64,000 nt of DNA from an uncultured delta proteobacterium. Lineage in GTDB: Bacteria; Desulfobacterota; Desulfomonilia; Desulfomonilales; Desulfomonilaceae. Location: positions 544,001-608,000 of the forward strand of contig CAWBKB010000005.1 in assembly GCA_963789265.1 (NCBI GenBank). The letters run 5' to 3'. The position numbers were made by a program, and so were the translations under genes. This document shows, piece after piece, positions 30,719 to 41,589 of the stretch; position 1 is the stretch's first letter, and every line of letters begins with the position of its first letter. A model generated the notes under the pieces. The model saw nothing but the letters and a program-made list of their open reading frames with translations. It was not told where the DNA came from and did no database searches.

Positions 30719-32232
30719 TAAGGCCGGCCAAAACAGAAGACGCGGCAGCAATGGCCCGTCTTCATTCCAAATACTTATTCGCCGGAGCCGGCCAAAGCGA
30801 GGGACGAGTTGCAATGCTTGCGCTTTGGTACACATACGTGGTCTCTTGTGATGACGCCTTTTGTTTCGTGCACAGTTCAGCAAACGAAGAAATTGACGGC
30901 TTTATAGTCATGTTCATCGGGCGGTCACGGTCTCTGCGTCATCTGGTTTGTCAGTATCCTATTGATTTTTTTGTTCGTGCGTTGACATTAACGATTCAAT
31001 CCCCGGCAGATACTCTTGTTATGGTCAAAGAGTATGTTCTCGAGAATGTCTCTTTTAAACGTACACGAATCAGCGCAAGGTTAGAAGATCAGCAGTCAAA
31101 TGGGTTGGTTGAAATCCAGTTGAGGCCGATTGTTGTGGCCGAAGCTCAGCAGGGGTCTGGATTAGCCGGTGTTCTCCTGGCCACTGCGGAACAGGAGTTA
31201 GTCAGAAGAGGAAAGTCAGAGTATTATCTTGTAGTCTTTAAGGACAACGAACAAGCTGTCCGCTTTTATTTGAAAAATGGATTTGTAGTGGCTCAGGATG
31301 CCGGCACCCGCTGGAGGATGAACAAGCACCTGGTCCCGCTCACAGCGCCTGTCGAATGTGTTCCCGAAAAGCGGTGCCCGTTGTGCAAGGCCGTTTCCGA
31401 CGGTAAACCAGTCTTCACATCTTCATATTCTCTGCTTCAACTGAAGTCCTTGGATCTCGCATGGCATCAGTGCGCCCGGTGTCGCACATATTTCGTCGCG
31501 GACATTCCCGATCAGAAATTAATTTCGAAGCATTTGGAAACTGTAGGATACGGCAAGGAGGAGGCTTCGGATCGCATTCATCGGCAAAAGGCTCCTTTGT
31601 ATCGGTTGATACTGGAAGAGATCTCGTGGTTGAAGTCACCAAACAAAACAGTGCTCGATTTTGGTTGTGCCTTCGGATCATTCATGGAACTGGCTGAGAA
31701 AAGCGGCTTTACCGGCTACGGCATCGACATCAATCCGGTCGCTATCGAATTCTTGAGAAATAAGAGGCTCAGAGCGGTTCTGGGAAACGACGTTGGTGCT
31801 GCTCGCAAATTTGGGATCAGATTTTCTGCAATAGTTATGAATGATGTAGTATATTACCTGAGAGATCTTTTGCAATCATTCAAGACTTCGTATGACCTCC
31901 TGGAGACCGGCGGGGTGCTCGTACTCAGGCTCCCCAACAAGCGGACTTGGCTTGCCGCCTCATTGCGTATGCCTTTTCTAAGGCAAAGAGCTATTAGATC
32001 TTGTTGTTACGATCATTTTCACGTGGCAGACATTGCAGCCTATGAAAGCTGCCTTCGGAATGCGGGATTTAGTATCGGGCGTGTGCGACTAAACGTTAGG
32101 AGTTCCGATATCTCGGACCTGACGTGGTCCGGACGCTCGGCCTACAAAATAGCTTATTTTTTGAACCTCTTGAGTGTTGGCCGGCTCAAGCTTTCTCCGG
32201 GAATTTTACTTGTTGCAGTCAAGACAGCCTGA
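30715..32232 (+). CDS. GNAT acetyltransferase fused to a Zn-binding class I methyltransferase
   Basis: IRPA..ED, QQGSGLA, N..AVRFYLKNGF; then CPLC, CARC and VLDFGCAFG. Confidence 0.75.
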   Translation: MIRPAKTEDAAAMARLHSKYLFAGAGQSEGRVAMLALWYTYVVSCDDAFCFVHSSANEEIDGFIVMFIGRSRSLRHLVCQYPIDFFVRALTLTIQSPADTLVMVKEYVLENVSFKRTRISARLEDQQSNGLVEIQLRPIVVAEAQQGSGLAGVLLATAEQELVRRGKSEYYLVVFKDNEQAVRFYLKNGFVVAQDAGTRWRMNKHLVPLTAPVECVPEKRCPLCKAVSDGKPVFTSSYSLLQLKSLDLAWHQCARCRTYFVADIPDQKLISKHLETVGYGKEEASDRIHRQKAPLYRLILEEISWLKSPNKTVLDFGCAFGSFMELAEKSGFTGYGIDINPVAIEFLRNKRLRAVLGNDVGAARKFGIRFSAIVMNDVVYYLRDLLQSFKTSYDLLETGGVLVLRLPNKRTWLAASLRMPFLRQRAIRSCCYDHFHVADIAAYESCLRNAGFSIGRVRLNVRSSDISDLTWSGRSAYKIAYFLNLLSVGRLKLSPGILLVAVKTA

Positions 32233-32253
32233 AAAACTAAACCGAAAGGCTAC

Positions 32254-33175
32254 GTGTTGGACGCCTCTGGCGTGACATCGGAAATGGAGGCCGGCGCGGG
32301 ACTGGGTAAATTCTTTCAGGCGATTGGTAATCGAGTGTTGTACACGCAGGATCACCTCTGGTACGAGGTCGGTCCTCGCGTATTCTTTCCTCTGCCTTTC
32401 CACAAGCCGTTTCTCATACCTCCTCATGACCTGAAAGCGCTCTGGAAAAATGGTGCCTTACTGCTGAGGTACCCTGTTGACCATCAGTCTAGTGGCTTCC
32501 CCAGCTATATATTTCTGCTGACCAACAAGGATTACGGGTTACCGGCTTTGTCCGGGAAGAGCCGCAATCAAACTCGCAGAGGGCTGGAAAAGTGCTCAGT
32601 TCGCCGTATTTCCTTCGATCGTGTGATGCGCGAAGGTATGCCTTTAGTCGCTGACACTCTGTCACGTCAAAATCGACATTTTTCTGAATCGGTTTCCAGT
32701 CACTGGCAAAAGTTTCTTTTTTCATGCTGGAGCTTGCCCGGCCTTGGAAGCCTGGGGTGCTTTTGTGGGAGAGGCAATAGCGGCTTATTTGTTGTCGGTT
32801 ACGGTTGGAGAGTGTGTGCATATTCACATGGTGTTCTCTCGAACGGATATGTTGAAATATTATCCAATCAATGCCCTCACCTTTGTTTTTGCCCAAGATG
32901 CTATACACCGTCAAAGCATCACTCACGTTTCTTACGGTATTCGTTCGATCAAGGGCGATAAGGACAGTTTGAATCGATTTAAAGAAGGGATGGGTTTTAC
33001 GAAGGAATTTATCAGGGAACGTATAGAGGTGAACCCGCGGCTGAAGCTCTTTCTTGATTGCGGATTAGCCCGCGTAGCACATTGGGCTTCGGCGAAGTAT
33101 TGTGACCGATCCGAGTTGGCTGAAAACGTACACGGTGCAGTTTCAATCTATCTCAAGCAAAACGGATATGAATGA
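32254..33175 (+). CDS. GNAT/FemAB-like acyltransferase-fold protein (+1 frameshift near 32742)
   Basis: KSRNQTRRG, then YYPINAL and SLNRFKEGMGF in the next frame. Confidence 0.6.
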
Positions 33176-33411
33176 AATACCAGGCCGCCCGACGCCGATG
33201 CCTTGAAAAGAACACAGACGACTATCCACGATTATTTGGGTATAATCTGGCTGGAAACGGAGGGTGCGGCCAAAACTGGATGCCACTTGGTCGCCGGTAA
33301 ACGATCAAGAGGCAAACGCTGTGATAAACATCCTCGCAACGACTTTTTTTCCCATCAGTCTGTTGGGCAGCTTGCCTTTATAATCTTGGATATTAGCCGA
33401 GTGTCGTGCAG

Positions 33412-34117
33412 TCACAACGAGGGAATCTTCTGCTTCAGGTCCGTTATCGAATCTTGAACGATCTGAAAATCTTCAGCTCGACCCAGATCGTACCAGATAC
33501 CTTGAAACGGGTAACAGCCGATTCTCTCGCGCTTGTCGAGCAGGAGCTGTACCAGATCCGGAAAATCCAAGTAAGCGCCGGCCGTGATGTACCTTGAGAA
33601 CCGATGGTTCCAGCACGTATATGCCGGCACTGACGAGAAGGCTCATATCGGGCTTCTCTTCGTATTCTACAATCTCCAACCCTTTTTTATGGATTACGCC
33701 GTAATCAATATGAAGCTTCCGCTCAAGAGACGCTACTGTGAGCGTGAACCCATTCTCACTGTGAAAACGCACCAAGTCTCTGAAATCGATATCCGTCAAC
33801 AGATCTCCGTTCAGCACGAGAAATGTCCCTGTGATGTCCTGTATCGCGCTAAGCGGTCCGGATGTCCCGAGGGGGGTGTCTTCAACGGCATAGTCGCACT
33901 TGACTCTGAACCTCGTCCCGTCGCCGAGGACTGCCTGGACCAGGGGAGCCAAATGACCCAGTGCCACAGTAATCCAGTCAAACCCCTGGCTGCCAAGTTG
34001 CTGAATGAGAACTTCAACTATCGGCCGGTCCCCGACAGGAACAAGAGGTTTGGGAATAATTGTAGGATAAGGGCGCAAACGAGTTCCCTTACCTCCGGCA
34101 AGTATGATCGCTCTCAT
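33412..34117 (-). CDS. Sugar-phosphate nucleotidyltransferase (NTP_transferase; +1 frameshift near 33593)
   Basis: AIILAGGKGTRLRP, PKPL, PLGTSG, LNGD, AGIY; C-terminal WYDLG in the next frame. Confidence 0.87.
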
Positions 34118-34156
34118 AGGCGGACGATTCCTCAAGCTATTAATGAATGGTAATCG

Positions 34157-34342
34157 TTCACCGCGGAGATCGCAGAGATCGCGGAGGGTTCTGTTTTCAG
34201 TGCCATTCTCCCAGGCGAGACGCAAGGCATTCCGGTCTCTGGCACTGAAGGCATTACCGGCCTGACTGAGTACCCCCGCAACTTATGTGGGCTTGAGGAA
34301 GCCATTCTTTCTCTCTGCGTTCTCGGCGCACTCTGCGGTAAA
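34157..34342. repeat. Inverted pair of CACCGC(A/G)GAG-type repeats
   Basis: ttcaccgcggagatcgcagagatcgcggag is an imperfect inverted match to ctctgcgttctcggcgcactctgcggtaaa. Confidence 0.65.
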
Positions 34343-34373
34343 TCCTTCTTTCTCCGTGAACGGTTGCGCCGAT

Positions 34374-34805
34374 TCATTGTTTGGGCGGAGGCATTACCAG
34401 TGCTTCTCCTGTAGCGATGGTTTCCCCTCGTTGGTTGGTCCACAGAAGCTTCATTTTTACCCAACGTTTTTTATGAAGTTTTTCCATTACTTCTCCGGAT
34501 GCGGTTATGGTGTCGCCGAAGAAGGTAGGCGCCTTGAAACGAGTTGTCACTTCAAGGAGAATGGTTCCAAGACCGGGGAGCTTCATGCCCAGCACTGGAG
34601 CAATCAGGCTCTGGGGAACAGCCCCGTGCGCGATGCGTTTACCGAAAGGAGTCTGTTTTGCAAACTCCTCGTTGAGGTGCATAGGATTAAAGTCGCCACT
34701 GATGCCGGCAAACAGGTAGACATCCGTCTCCGAAATAGTCTTTGTAAAGGAAGCCTTCATCCCCACTTCAAGTTCATCATAACTTAATCCGAGTTGAATT
34801 TGCAT
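34374..34805 (-). CDS. MaoC-family (R)-specific enoyl-CoA hydratase
   Basis: FAGISGDFNPMH, RIAHG, F.AP.F.GDT. Confidence 0.9.
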   Translation of the reverse strand: MQIQLGLSYDELEVGMKASFTKTISETDVYLFAGISGDFNPMHLNEEFAKQTPFGKRIAHGAVPQSLIAPVLGMKLPGLGTILLEVTTRFKAPTFFGDTITASGEVMEKLHKKRWVKMKLLWTNQRGETIATGEALVMPPPKQ

Positions 34806-34881
34806 CTTTCTGTTAGCTCCATTACAGCTAAAGAACTCTTAAGGTAAACTTTAGTTACACTTGTGCTAAGCCAATGAATAT

Positions 34882-35770
34882 TTACCTGTTTACAAGATTA
34901 AGTCTCTTCCTGCACACCTCCACGGTGGCGATTTCCCGGCCCTGATCTTTTACCATCCGAGCCGCTTTTTCCACCAGGGCTCCATTGGAATCTGCCATCA
35001 CCCCTGACGTCAAGTAAAAATTGTCCTCCAAACCTACCCGAATATTCCCACCCAACGCGATAGACGCGGCTATCATACGCCACTGATCTAAGCTCACCGC
35101 AATCACTTCCCAGTCGCTCCCGGGTTTTAGCAGATCGACCATAGCCATGAGATTCGACACAGTGGGCGGTATCCCTCCCAGTACGCCCATTATCAGACTG
35201 TACTGAAACGGAGGCTTGAGCAAGCCCATATCGATGAGGGGAAAGGAATTGCCCACTTGTCCGGTGTCGAAGCACTCCAGTTCAGGCTTGGTGCTTGCGC
35301 TGTTCATGGCTTCTACGATTTGCATGATTTCAGAGAAAGGGTTTGGAAATACGAACTCGAAGACGAATTTCTTTTTTGCGGAATTGTATTTCGCGTAATT
35401 CATGGAGCCCATGTTCAAAGCACCTATAGCCGGTCTTATTCCTTGAATATGGGCTATTTTCTGTTGAGTAGTAACGTTGATGGCACCTGTTGAAAAATTT
35501 ATGATCACAGGACATGCGTCCGTAACAGCGTCGTAAATGTTCTTGTAGTCCTGAACCTCATAGCTGGGGAGACCTTCCCGTGTTCTCGCGTGGATGTGGA
35601 CCACTGCTGCTCCGGCTTCGTATGCTCGCTTTGCTTCGGCCGCGTACCTCTTCGGGTGTATAGGGAATAGCCGGGCACTGATCACGGTTTGCTACAACGC
35701 CGGACAAGGCGCACGTAATCATACATGGCCGTTCGAAGTCCCGGTTTTCTTTTATCCACATTGAAGGCAT
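34882..35770 (-). CDS. 3-keto-5-aminohexanoate cleavage family protein (BKACE/DUF849; +1 frameshift near 35648)
   Basis: MITCALSG, IPYTPEE, AGAAVVHIHAR, INFSTG, LNMGSMN, KPELECFD, IRVGLEDN. Confidence 0.88.
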
Positions 35771-35795
35771 ATTTCCAAAACCTCCTCTCCGGTGT

Positions 35796-36569
35796 TTACC
35801 GGCCTTTCCACTGAGGCTGTCTTTTCTCAAAGAAGGCAGTCATGCCCTCCTTCGCGTCTTCCGTGCTTGCCACGTCTCCAAGCCGTTGGCACAGATAATC
35901 CAGCGCATCGTCTAATGTTCTGTCCTGAACAGCATCCAGTGATTGTCGTCCCATCCTTATGGCCAGGGGCGCTTTCGCGGCTATATTCGAGAGAGCTTCG
36001 TTCACCACTCCATCCAGATCGTCTTTCGGAACCGCTCGGGTAATAAGACCCATCTGTTCCGCCTACGCGGCTGAAAGCATCCTGGCTGTGTAGATCATTT
36101 CCAGAGCTTTCTTGCGGGCTGCATTTCTGAAGATCAAAGCGCCGATCATCATAGGAAAGAGTCCCACATTCACTTCAGGGGTCCCAAATCTTGAGCCCTC
36201 GTGCGCATACACCAGATCGCACGAGAGCATGAGGCCCATCCCGCCGGCCAGGCAACGGCCGTTCACACGAGCAACAAAAGGCTTGGGGAAGCGAGCCATT
36301 CTCTTCAAGAGTGAAGCATATTTGCGTGCGCCGGCAATATGATCTTCAGCCCCCATGGTTGAAGCGAGATCCGCGCCGGAGCAAAAAGTTTTTTCTCCAA
36401 CCGCGGTTAGGCAAATGACCTTTATCTCGTCATCCGTCTCAGCCCTATCGAGATAATCGGAAAACAGATCGATGATTTCCAGGCTAAGCGCATTGCCTCT
36501 TTTCTCTCGGTTTATGGTTATCCAAGCGGAAGCGTCTCGGACTTGGTAGAGAAGCTCTGGATCACCCAT
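35796..36569 (-). CDS. Enoyl-CoA hydratase/isomerase (crotonase), interrupted by an in-frame TAG at 36063-36065
   Basis: FCSGADL, GGMGL, PEVNVGLFP; the frame continues LSAA*AEQMGL...EGMTAFFEKR. Confidence 0.85.
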
Positions 36570-37083
36570 TTTGATCGACCTCCGTATTAGGCTCGATTTC
36601 GACCAATATCTGACCGGGACTGACCTGAGCGCCTACAGTAGTGTTTACAGCCTTGACTACACCACCGTATGGAGCGTTTAAGGTCATCTCCATCTTCATG
36701 GCCGAAACTACGACGCATCCCTGACCTTTCGCCACTTCTGAGCCTGGCTCGACCAGTAATCTGACTACTGTCGCCGGCGTCGGAGGGGTCACTTCGGTTG
36801 GAGCATTATCCAAACCTTGGAGTTTGCGTCGCGGGATGAGATCCGCGTCTTGAACAAACCGGGTTCGCCCGTTCACCCATATCCAAGACCCTTCGGATGT
36901 ACGAGAGATGAAAACATTCGTTGCCTTGCCGGCCACTGCAATGTGAAGCTGGTGGGGTCCAACTTCTCGGACTGTGACGGCTTGTGGTTCACCATCCAGA
37001 GCAAAGAGCATCTCTCCAGGCTCATTTAATGGACTGGCTTCTACAGAGTGAATTTTATCTCCGATCTTCGTTTTGTAATGCAT
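36562..37083 (-). CDS. Biotin carboxyl carrier subunit
   Basis: SAMKME biotin-attachment motif. Confidence 0.88.
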   Translation of the reverse strand: MHYKTKIGDKIHSVEASPLNEPGEMLFALDGEPQAVTVREVGPHQLHIAVAGKATNVFISRTSEGSWIWVNGRTRFVQDADLIPRRKLQGLDNAPTEVTPPTPATVVRLLVEPGSEVAKGQGCVVVSAMKMEMTLNAPYGGVVKAVNTTVGAQVSPGQILVEIEPNTEVDQNG

Positions 37084-37154
37084 CGTTCAAACTCTTAATC
37101 AGGCTCCGATTGAAAATGTTCTCATCGACTGACTCAGGGAATTTCCTGTTCCTT

Positions 37155-37211
37155 GTCATTGCGAGGAGCGAAGAGTGGGACAAGCTTCCAGCCTGTCTAT
37201 TACGCAATGAC
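37155..37211. repeat. GTCATTGCG-type REP carrying an inserted GTGGG-type half REP
   Basis: gtcattgcg...cgcaatgac with internal gtgggacaagcttccagcctgtc; the first ~48 bp match 44555 onward. Confidence 0.7.
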
Positions 37212-37263
37212 AATCTTTTCGCTGGTACAAGTTAATACTTACCGTATTCCGTTTCCGTTTACG

Positions 37264-38764
37264 TCATCTAGCCATATCCCAGGCCCCGAGACGAAGCCAG
37301 GGATTGAAAGGCTGTCGGTTTCGGCTATCTACGGAGTCATTGATCTGTGCGACAGGTTTAACCATCCGGTCGGCCACAAAGCCCAAAGCTGCCAATATGT
37401 CTGTTGTGCTGTCGGGTTTCCAGTCAGCGAAATTCTCGTCGATAAAGCCGGTGTGTGTATCGCCGGCCTTAAAGGCATCTGAAGTCAAGACATCCAGAAG
37501 GAATTCGATGGTAGTTGTGGCGCCCAGAATCACGCATTCCTTGAGGGCCCTTATCATGCAAGCTATGGCCGTCTCCCTGTTCTCACCGAACGCTACCAGC
37601 TTGCCCAGAATCGGGTCATACTGGATGGGAACATTGAATCCACTATAAATTCCTCGATCGTAGCGTACGCCCGGCCCCTCGGGCGCACAAGCGTATAGTA
37701 TGCGGCCGGGAGCAGGCATGAACCCGGATTCAGGGTCTTCAGCATAGATCCGGCACTCGATCGAGTGACCTCGCCGCGTGAGGTCAGACTGTGCAAACGG
37801 CAGAGGAAGCCCCGCGGCTATTTCGATTTGTTTGCGTACGAGATCAAGACCGGTGAGCATCTCAGTAATGGGGTGTTCCACCTGAAGACGGGTGTTCACT
37901 TCCAAGAAATGGAAACGGCCGGATTTGTCCAGAAGAAACTCTACCGTTCCCACGTTAACGTAACCCGCGGCCTGAGCCACCCGAATCGCTGCCGCGCCCA
38001 TCTCGTTCCGTAAATCTGCCGTTACTGCCGTGGATGGAGTCTCTTCGATAATCTTCTGATGCCGTCGTTGGATAGAGCACTCGCGCTCGAACAGGTGCAC
38101 CACATTTCCATAGGTGTCGGCAAGTATTTGAAATTCCACATGTCTGGGACGGTCCAGGAGTTTCTCCAAATAAATGGTCCCATCGCCAAACGCGGACAAT
38201 GCTTCACTTGAGGCTACCTGAGCAGCCTCCGGCAGGGTATCGCAGTTTTCCACGATCCGCATGCCTTTGCCGCCTCCTCCTGCTGCCGCTTTCACAATTA
38301 CCGGATATCCCAATTCATCTGCAACTGCGGCAAGCCGTTCCGGATTCGATTCTCCCTCGATCATACCCGGGATGACGGGCACTCCGCTTTGCGCTGCGAG
38401 ATGACGGGCGGTTGTTTTGTTTCCGAGCTTCTCCATGCAGCCCGCCGGAGGTCCAATAAAGACGAGTCCCGCGTCCGACACGCTCTCCCGCGAATCTCGC
38501 ATTCTCGGCCAAAAAACCGTACCCCGGATGGATGGCCTCAGCCCCGGTCTTAAAGGCTGCTTCAATAATCTTGTCAATATTGAGGTAACTCGAAGCGGGA
38601 TCGGCCTCCCCCAGGCATACGGACTGGTCGGCATTCAGAACATGGAGTGACTCCCGATCCACATCGGAATATACCGCCACGGTTTCGATGCCCATTGCAC
38701 GGGCAGTGCGCATGATCCGGACTGCTATCTCGCCTCGATTAGCTACGAGTATTTTCGAGAACAT
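37264..38764 (-). CDS. Biotin carboxylase subunit of an acyl-CoA carboxylase (+1 frameshift near 38488)
   Basis: [54 protein letters not shown]. Confidence 0.9.
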
Positions 38765-38773
38765 CCCAAGCCT

Positions 38774-40390
38774 CTACATCCGGAAAGTGCCGTGGCCTTG
38801 ATTCCGCTCGGCTAGCGGCTGATTCAGAGAAACCGAAATGGCCAGACCGAGGACGTCCCGTGTCATTGCCGGGTCCAGAATTCCGTCATCCCACAAGTTG
38901 GCCGTCCTGTAGTAGGCATTTCCCTCATTCAAAGCGGATTGAATGATGGGTTTGCGGATTCCGTCAACTATTTCAGCGGGTAAAGGAGGCTGGCCCTCGC
39001 GGGCAAGCTGATCGTTCTTCACGGACACCAAGACGCCGGCAGCTTGTTCTCCGCCCATAACACCGATTTGAGCATTCGGCCACATCCATAGGAATCTCGG
39101 TGAGTAGCCCCGCCCGCACATTCCATAGTTTCCCGCACCAAAGGAAGCTCCGATTATAACCGTGAATTTAGGGACCGTTGCAGTGGACACTGCGTGAACC
39201 ATCTTATGGCCGTCTTTTGTTATTCCACGGCGCTCGTAATCCTTGCCTATGATGTATCCGCTTATATTCTGAAGAAAAACAAGTGGAATTCCCTGCCGAT
39301 CACAGAGCGAAATGAATTGGGTGGCTTTGAGGGCGCTGTCTGAAAAGAGTACGCCGTTGTTCCCCAGGATTCCGACCTGATACCCGTGAATATATGCCCA
39401 TCCGCAAATCAGGGTCGGACCGTAAAGAGCCTTGAACTCGAGGAATTCCGAACCATCCACAATGCGGGCGATCACCTCGCGCACGTCGTAAGGTTTGGAA
39501 ATGCTCTGCGGGACTATCCCATAAAGCTCATGGGCATCGTACAACGGGTCAACCGGGAGCCTGGTGGGAATGTAAGACTTTTCTGTGTTCGGAAGCAGCG
39601 ACGCTATATCCCGGACAATCAGCAAAGCGTGTTCGTCATCGGCAGCAAAATAATCCGACACCCCTGAGATTTGGCAATGAACCTGGGCTCCTCCAAGTTC
39701 CTCGGCAGTGACTTCCTCGCCTGTGGCTGCCTTTACCAGTGGCGGCCCACCCAAAAAAATCGCACCTGTGCCCGTCACATGAACCACATGATCCGACATC
39801 GCCGGAATGTATGCGCCGCCTGCGGTGCAAAGCCCCATTACAGCGGTTATTTGCGGTATGTTCATTTTGGACATGATTGCCTGGTTGTAAAATATCCGTC
39901 CTCCATCGTCCACATCAGGGAAAATCTCTGACTGGAGCGGCAAATATGCGCCGCCGGAATCAACAAGCATTACCATGGGCAGTCTGTTTTCCATTGATAT
40001 TGTCTGGCTTCGCAGCGTCTTCTTAACTCCCATAGGATACACGGTCCCGCCTTTAATCATGGGATCGTTTGCATGAACCAGGCATTCGCGGCCCTGAATG
40101 AGGCCTATTCCGGCTCGGGTGCCGGCGCCGTGAACCTTGCCGCCATACATGCCTTTGGCAGCAAGAGGCGCTATTTCCAGCCAAGGGGTATTGCGATCGA
40201 GCAGCAGATCCAGCCGTTGCTGAACCGGAAGTTTCCCCAATTCTTGATTGCGTTGTATGGCTTTTGGCGAGCGGTCATCTCTGGCCGTCTTGAGTTCGGC
40301 CTTTAACTCCGACACCGTTTTTTCCATGGAATCGTAATTGGCTCTGTACTCGTCGCTGCTGGTATCGATTCGGCTTTCAATGATTTCCAT
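38774..40390 (-). CDS. Carboxyltransferase subunit (methylcrotonyl-/geranyl-CoA carboxylase beta type)
   Basis: DSGGAYLP, CTAGGAY, GGPPLVKAATGE, GAGNYGMCGR, LWDDG. Confidence 0.9.
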   Translation of the reverse strand: MEIIESRIDTSSDEYRANYDSMEKTVSELKAELKTARDDRSPKAIQRNQELGKLPVQQRLDLLLDRNTPWLEIAPLAAKGMYGGKVHGAGTRAGIGLIQGRECLVHANDPMIKGGTVYPMGVKKTLRSQTISMENRLPMVMLVDSGGAYLPLQSEIFPDVDDGGRIFYNQAIMSKMNIPQITAVMGLCTAGGAYIPAMSDHVVHVTGTGAIFLGGPPLVKAATGEEVTAEELGGAQVHCQISGVSDYFAADDEHALLIVRDIASLLPNTEKSYIPTRLPVDPLYDAHELYGIVPQSISKPYDVREVIARIVDGSEFLEFKALYGPTLICGWAYIHGYQVGILGNNGVLFSDSALKATQFISLCDRQGIPLVFLQNISGYIIGKDYERRGITKDGHKMVHAVSTATVPKFTVIIGASFGAGNYGMCGRGYSPRFLWMWPNAQIGVMGGEQAAGVLVSVKNDQLAREGQPPLPAEIVDGIRKPIIQSALNEGNAYYRTANLWDDGILDPAMTRDVLGLAISVSLNQPLAERNQGHGTFRM

Positions 40391-40393
40391 TGA

Positions 40394-41533
40394 TTACACC
40401 TGATAGCGTTTGAGAAGCTCGTCCGCGATAGACATCCGGGCTATTTCACTAGTTGTGCCTGCCAGGGCCGCATATTTCGCTTCCCTGTATGCCCGTTCCA
40501 CCGGATTCCCGCTCAAGTAGCCATTCCCTGCCAGGATTTGCACCGCCATGGACGCGACCCGCTCAGAGGCTTCAGTGCTGAACACTTTCGCACAGTGAAC
40601 CAGAGTCCCTGCTTCCTGATCCGACACGGAACACATCCATGCTGCGCGATAGCAGAGAAGCTGGGCAGCCTGAGTCAATGTGAGCATTTCGGCAATCTTG
40701 AACCGAATTTCCTGCCAGTGAAAAATCGGCTTCCCCCCGCGATGATGGGAATCCGTGTGCTTTTTTGCCTCCGTCAAGGTTCGCTGCATCAGCCCCACTG
40801 ATGCAATGACCATGAGCATGTCCTGGATTTTCCGTAGAAAATCCAAGCATTTCCGATCCTCAAAAGGTCCCACAACCATATTCTCCGGCACCTGAACCTC
40901 GTTCAATTTCAGGGAGGCAACCGCCAGCCCATTGTATCCGAGTGTTTCAAGCCTGGGGCCGATAGTGACGCCCGATTGGTTGGGCCGAACCAGAACAAAT
41001 GCGGGACTGCCGTCTACGGAGGTAGCAACAGCAATATAGTCGGCTATGGGAGCATTGGTAACGAATACCTTCTCACCTGAGACCGAAAAGAAATTTTCAT
41101 CACGCCACGCGACCGTCGAAAATTCAGTGACTGACTGAGCATGTTCTTTCTCGGAAATTGCAACTGCTGCCACGAGGTCCCCGTCTGTAAGACGCTCAAG
41201 TAAATCCGGGAACCGTCCGGCTCCGAAGCCCTTCAGCAAACCTCCGAAAAGTCGAGCGCTGGTTTCCACAGAGAGAAAAAGCGACCCCGAAATCCTGGCA
41301 ATCTCCTCTTGAGCGGCAACGAGTCTCATCCCATCAGACGCACTCCCAGGCCCCAAACCGAGGCTCAAATAGCTAATTTGGCCAAGTTTTTTGAGGAAGG
41401 AACGAGTTATCTCCCCGAGCTTTTTCATGCCCGCACGTTCCATTTCATTTGCTTCAAGAATCGCTTGGGAATCGAGTACGCTGGAAAGCCCCTTTTTCAG
41501 GTGCTCTTCTTCAACGCTTAGCTCAAAATCCAT
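40394..41533 (-). CDS. Acyl-CoA dehydrogenase (divergent)
   Basis: GEKVFVTNA, Q.IRFKIAEM, GNGY...PVER.YR, GTTSEI. Confidence 0.82.
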   Translation of the reverse strand: MDFELSVEEEHLKKGLSSVLDSQAILEANEMERAGMKKLGEITRSFLKKLGQISYLSLGLGPGSASDGMRLVAAQEEIARISGSLFLSVETSARLFGGLLKGFGAGRFPDLLERLTDGDLVAAVAISEKEHAQSVTEFSTVAWRDENFFSVSGEKVFVTNAPIADYIAVATSVDGSPAFVLVRPNQSGVTIGPRLETLGYNGLAVASLKLNEVQVPENMVVGPFEDRKCLDFLRKIQDMLMVIASVGLMQRTLTEAKKHTDSHHRGGKPIFHWQEIRFKIAEMLTLTQAAQLLCYRAAWMCSVSDQEAGTLVHCAKVFSTEASERVASMAVQILAGNGYLSGNPVERAYREAKYAALAGTTSEIARMSIADELLKRYQV

Positions 41534-41589
41534 GACCTTCCTTTCCTGCTCCGGAAACATCTCCTCGAGAGGCGAACGGATCAGGTCGA

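Noticed and set aside
36063..36065. Pyrrolysine insertion at the amber codon
   Set aside because: The codon is one base from GAG at a conserved Glu, there are no pyl genes in the window, and the assembly is error-prone.
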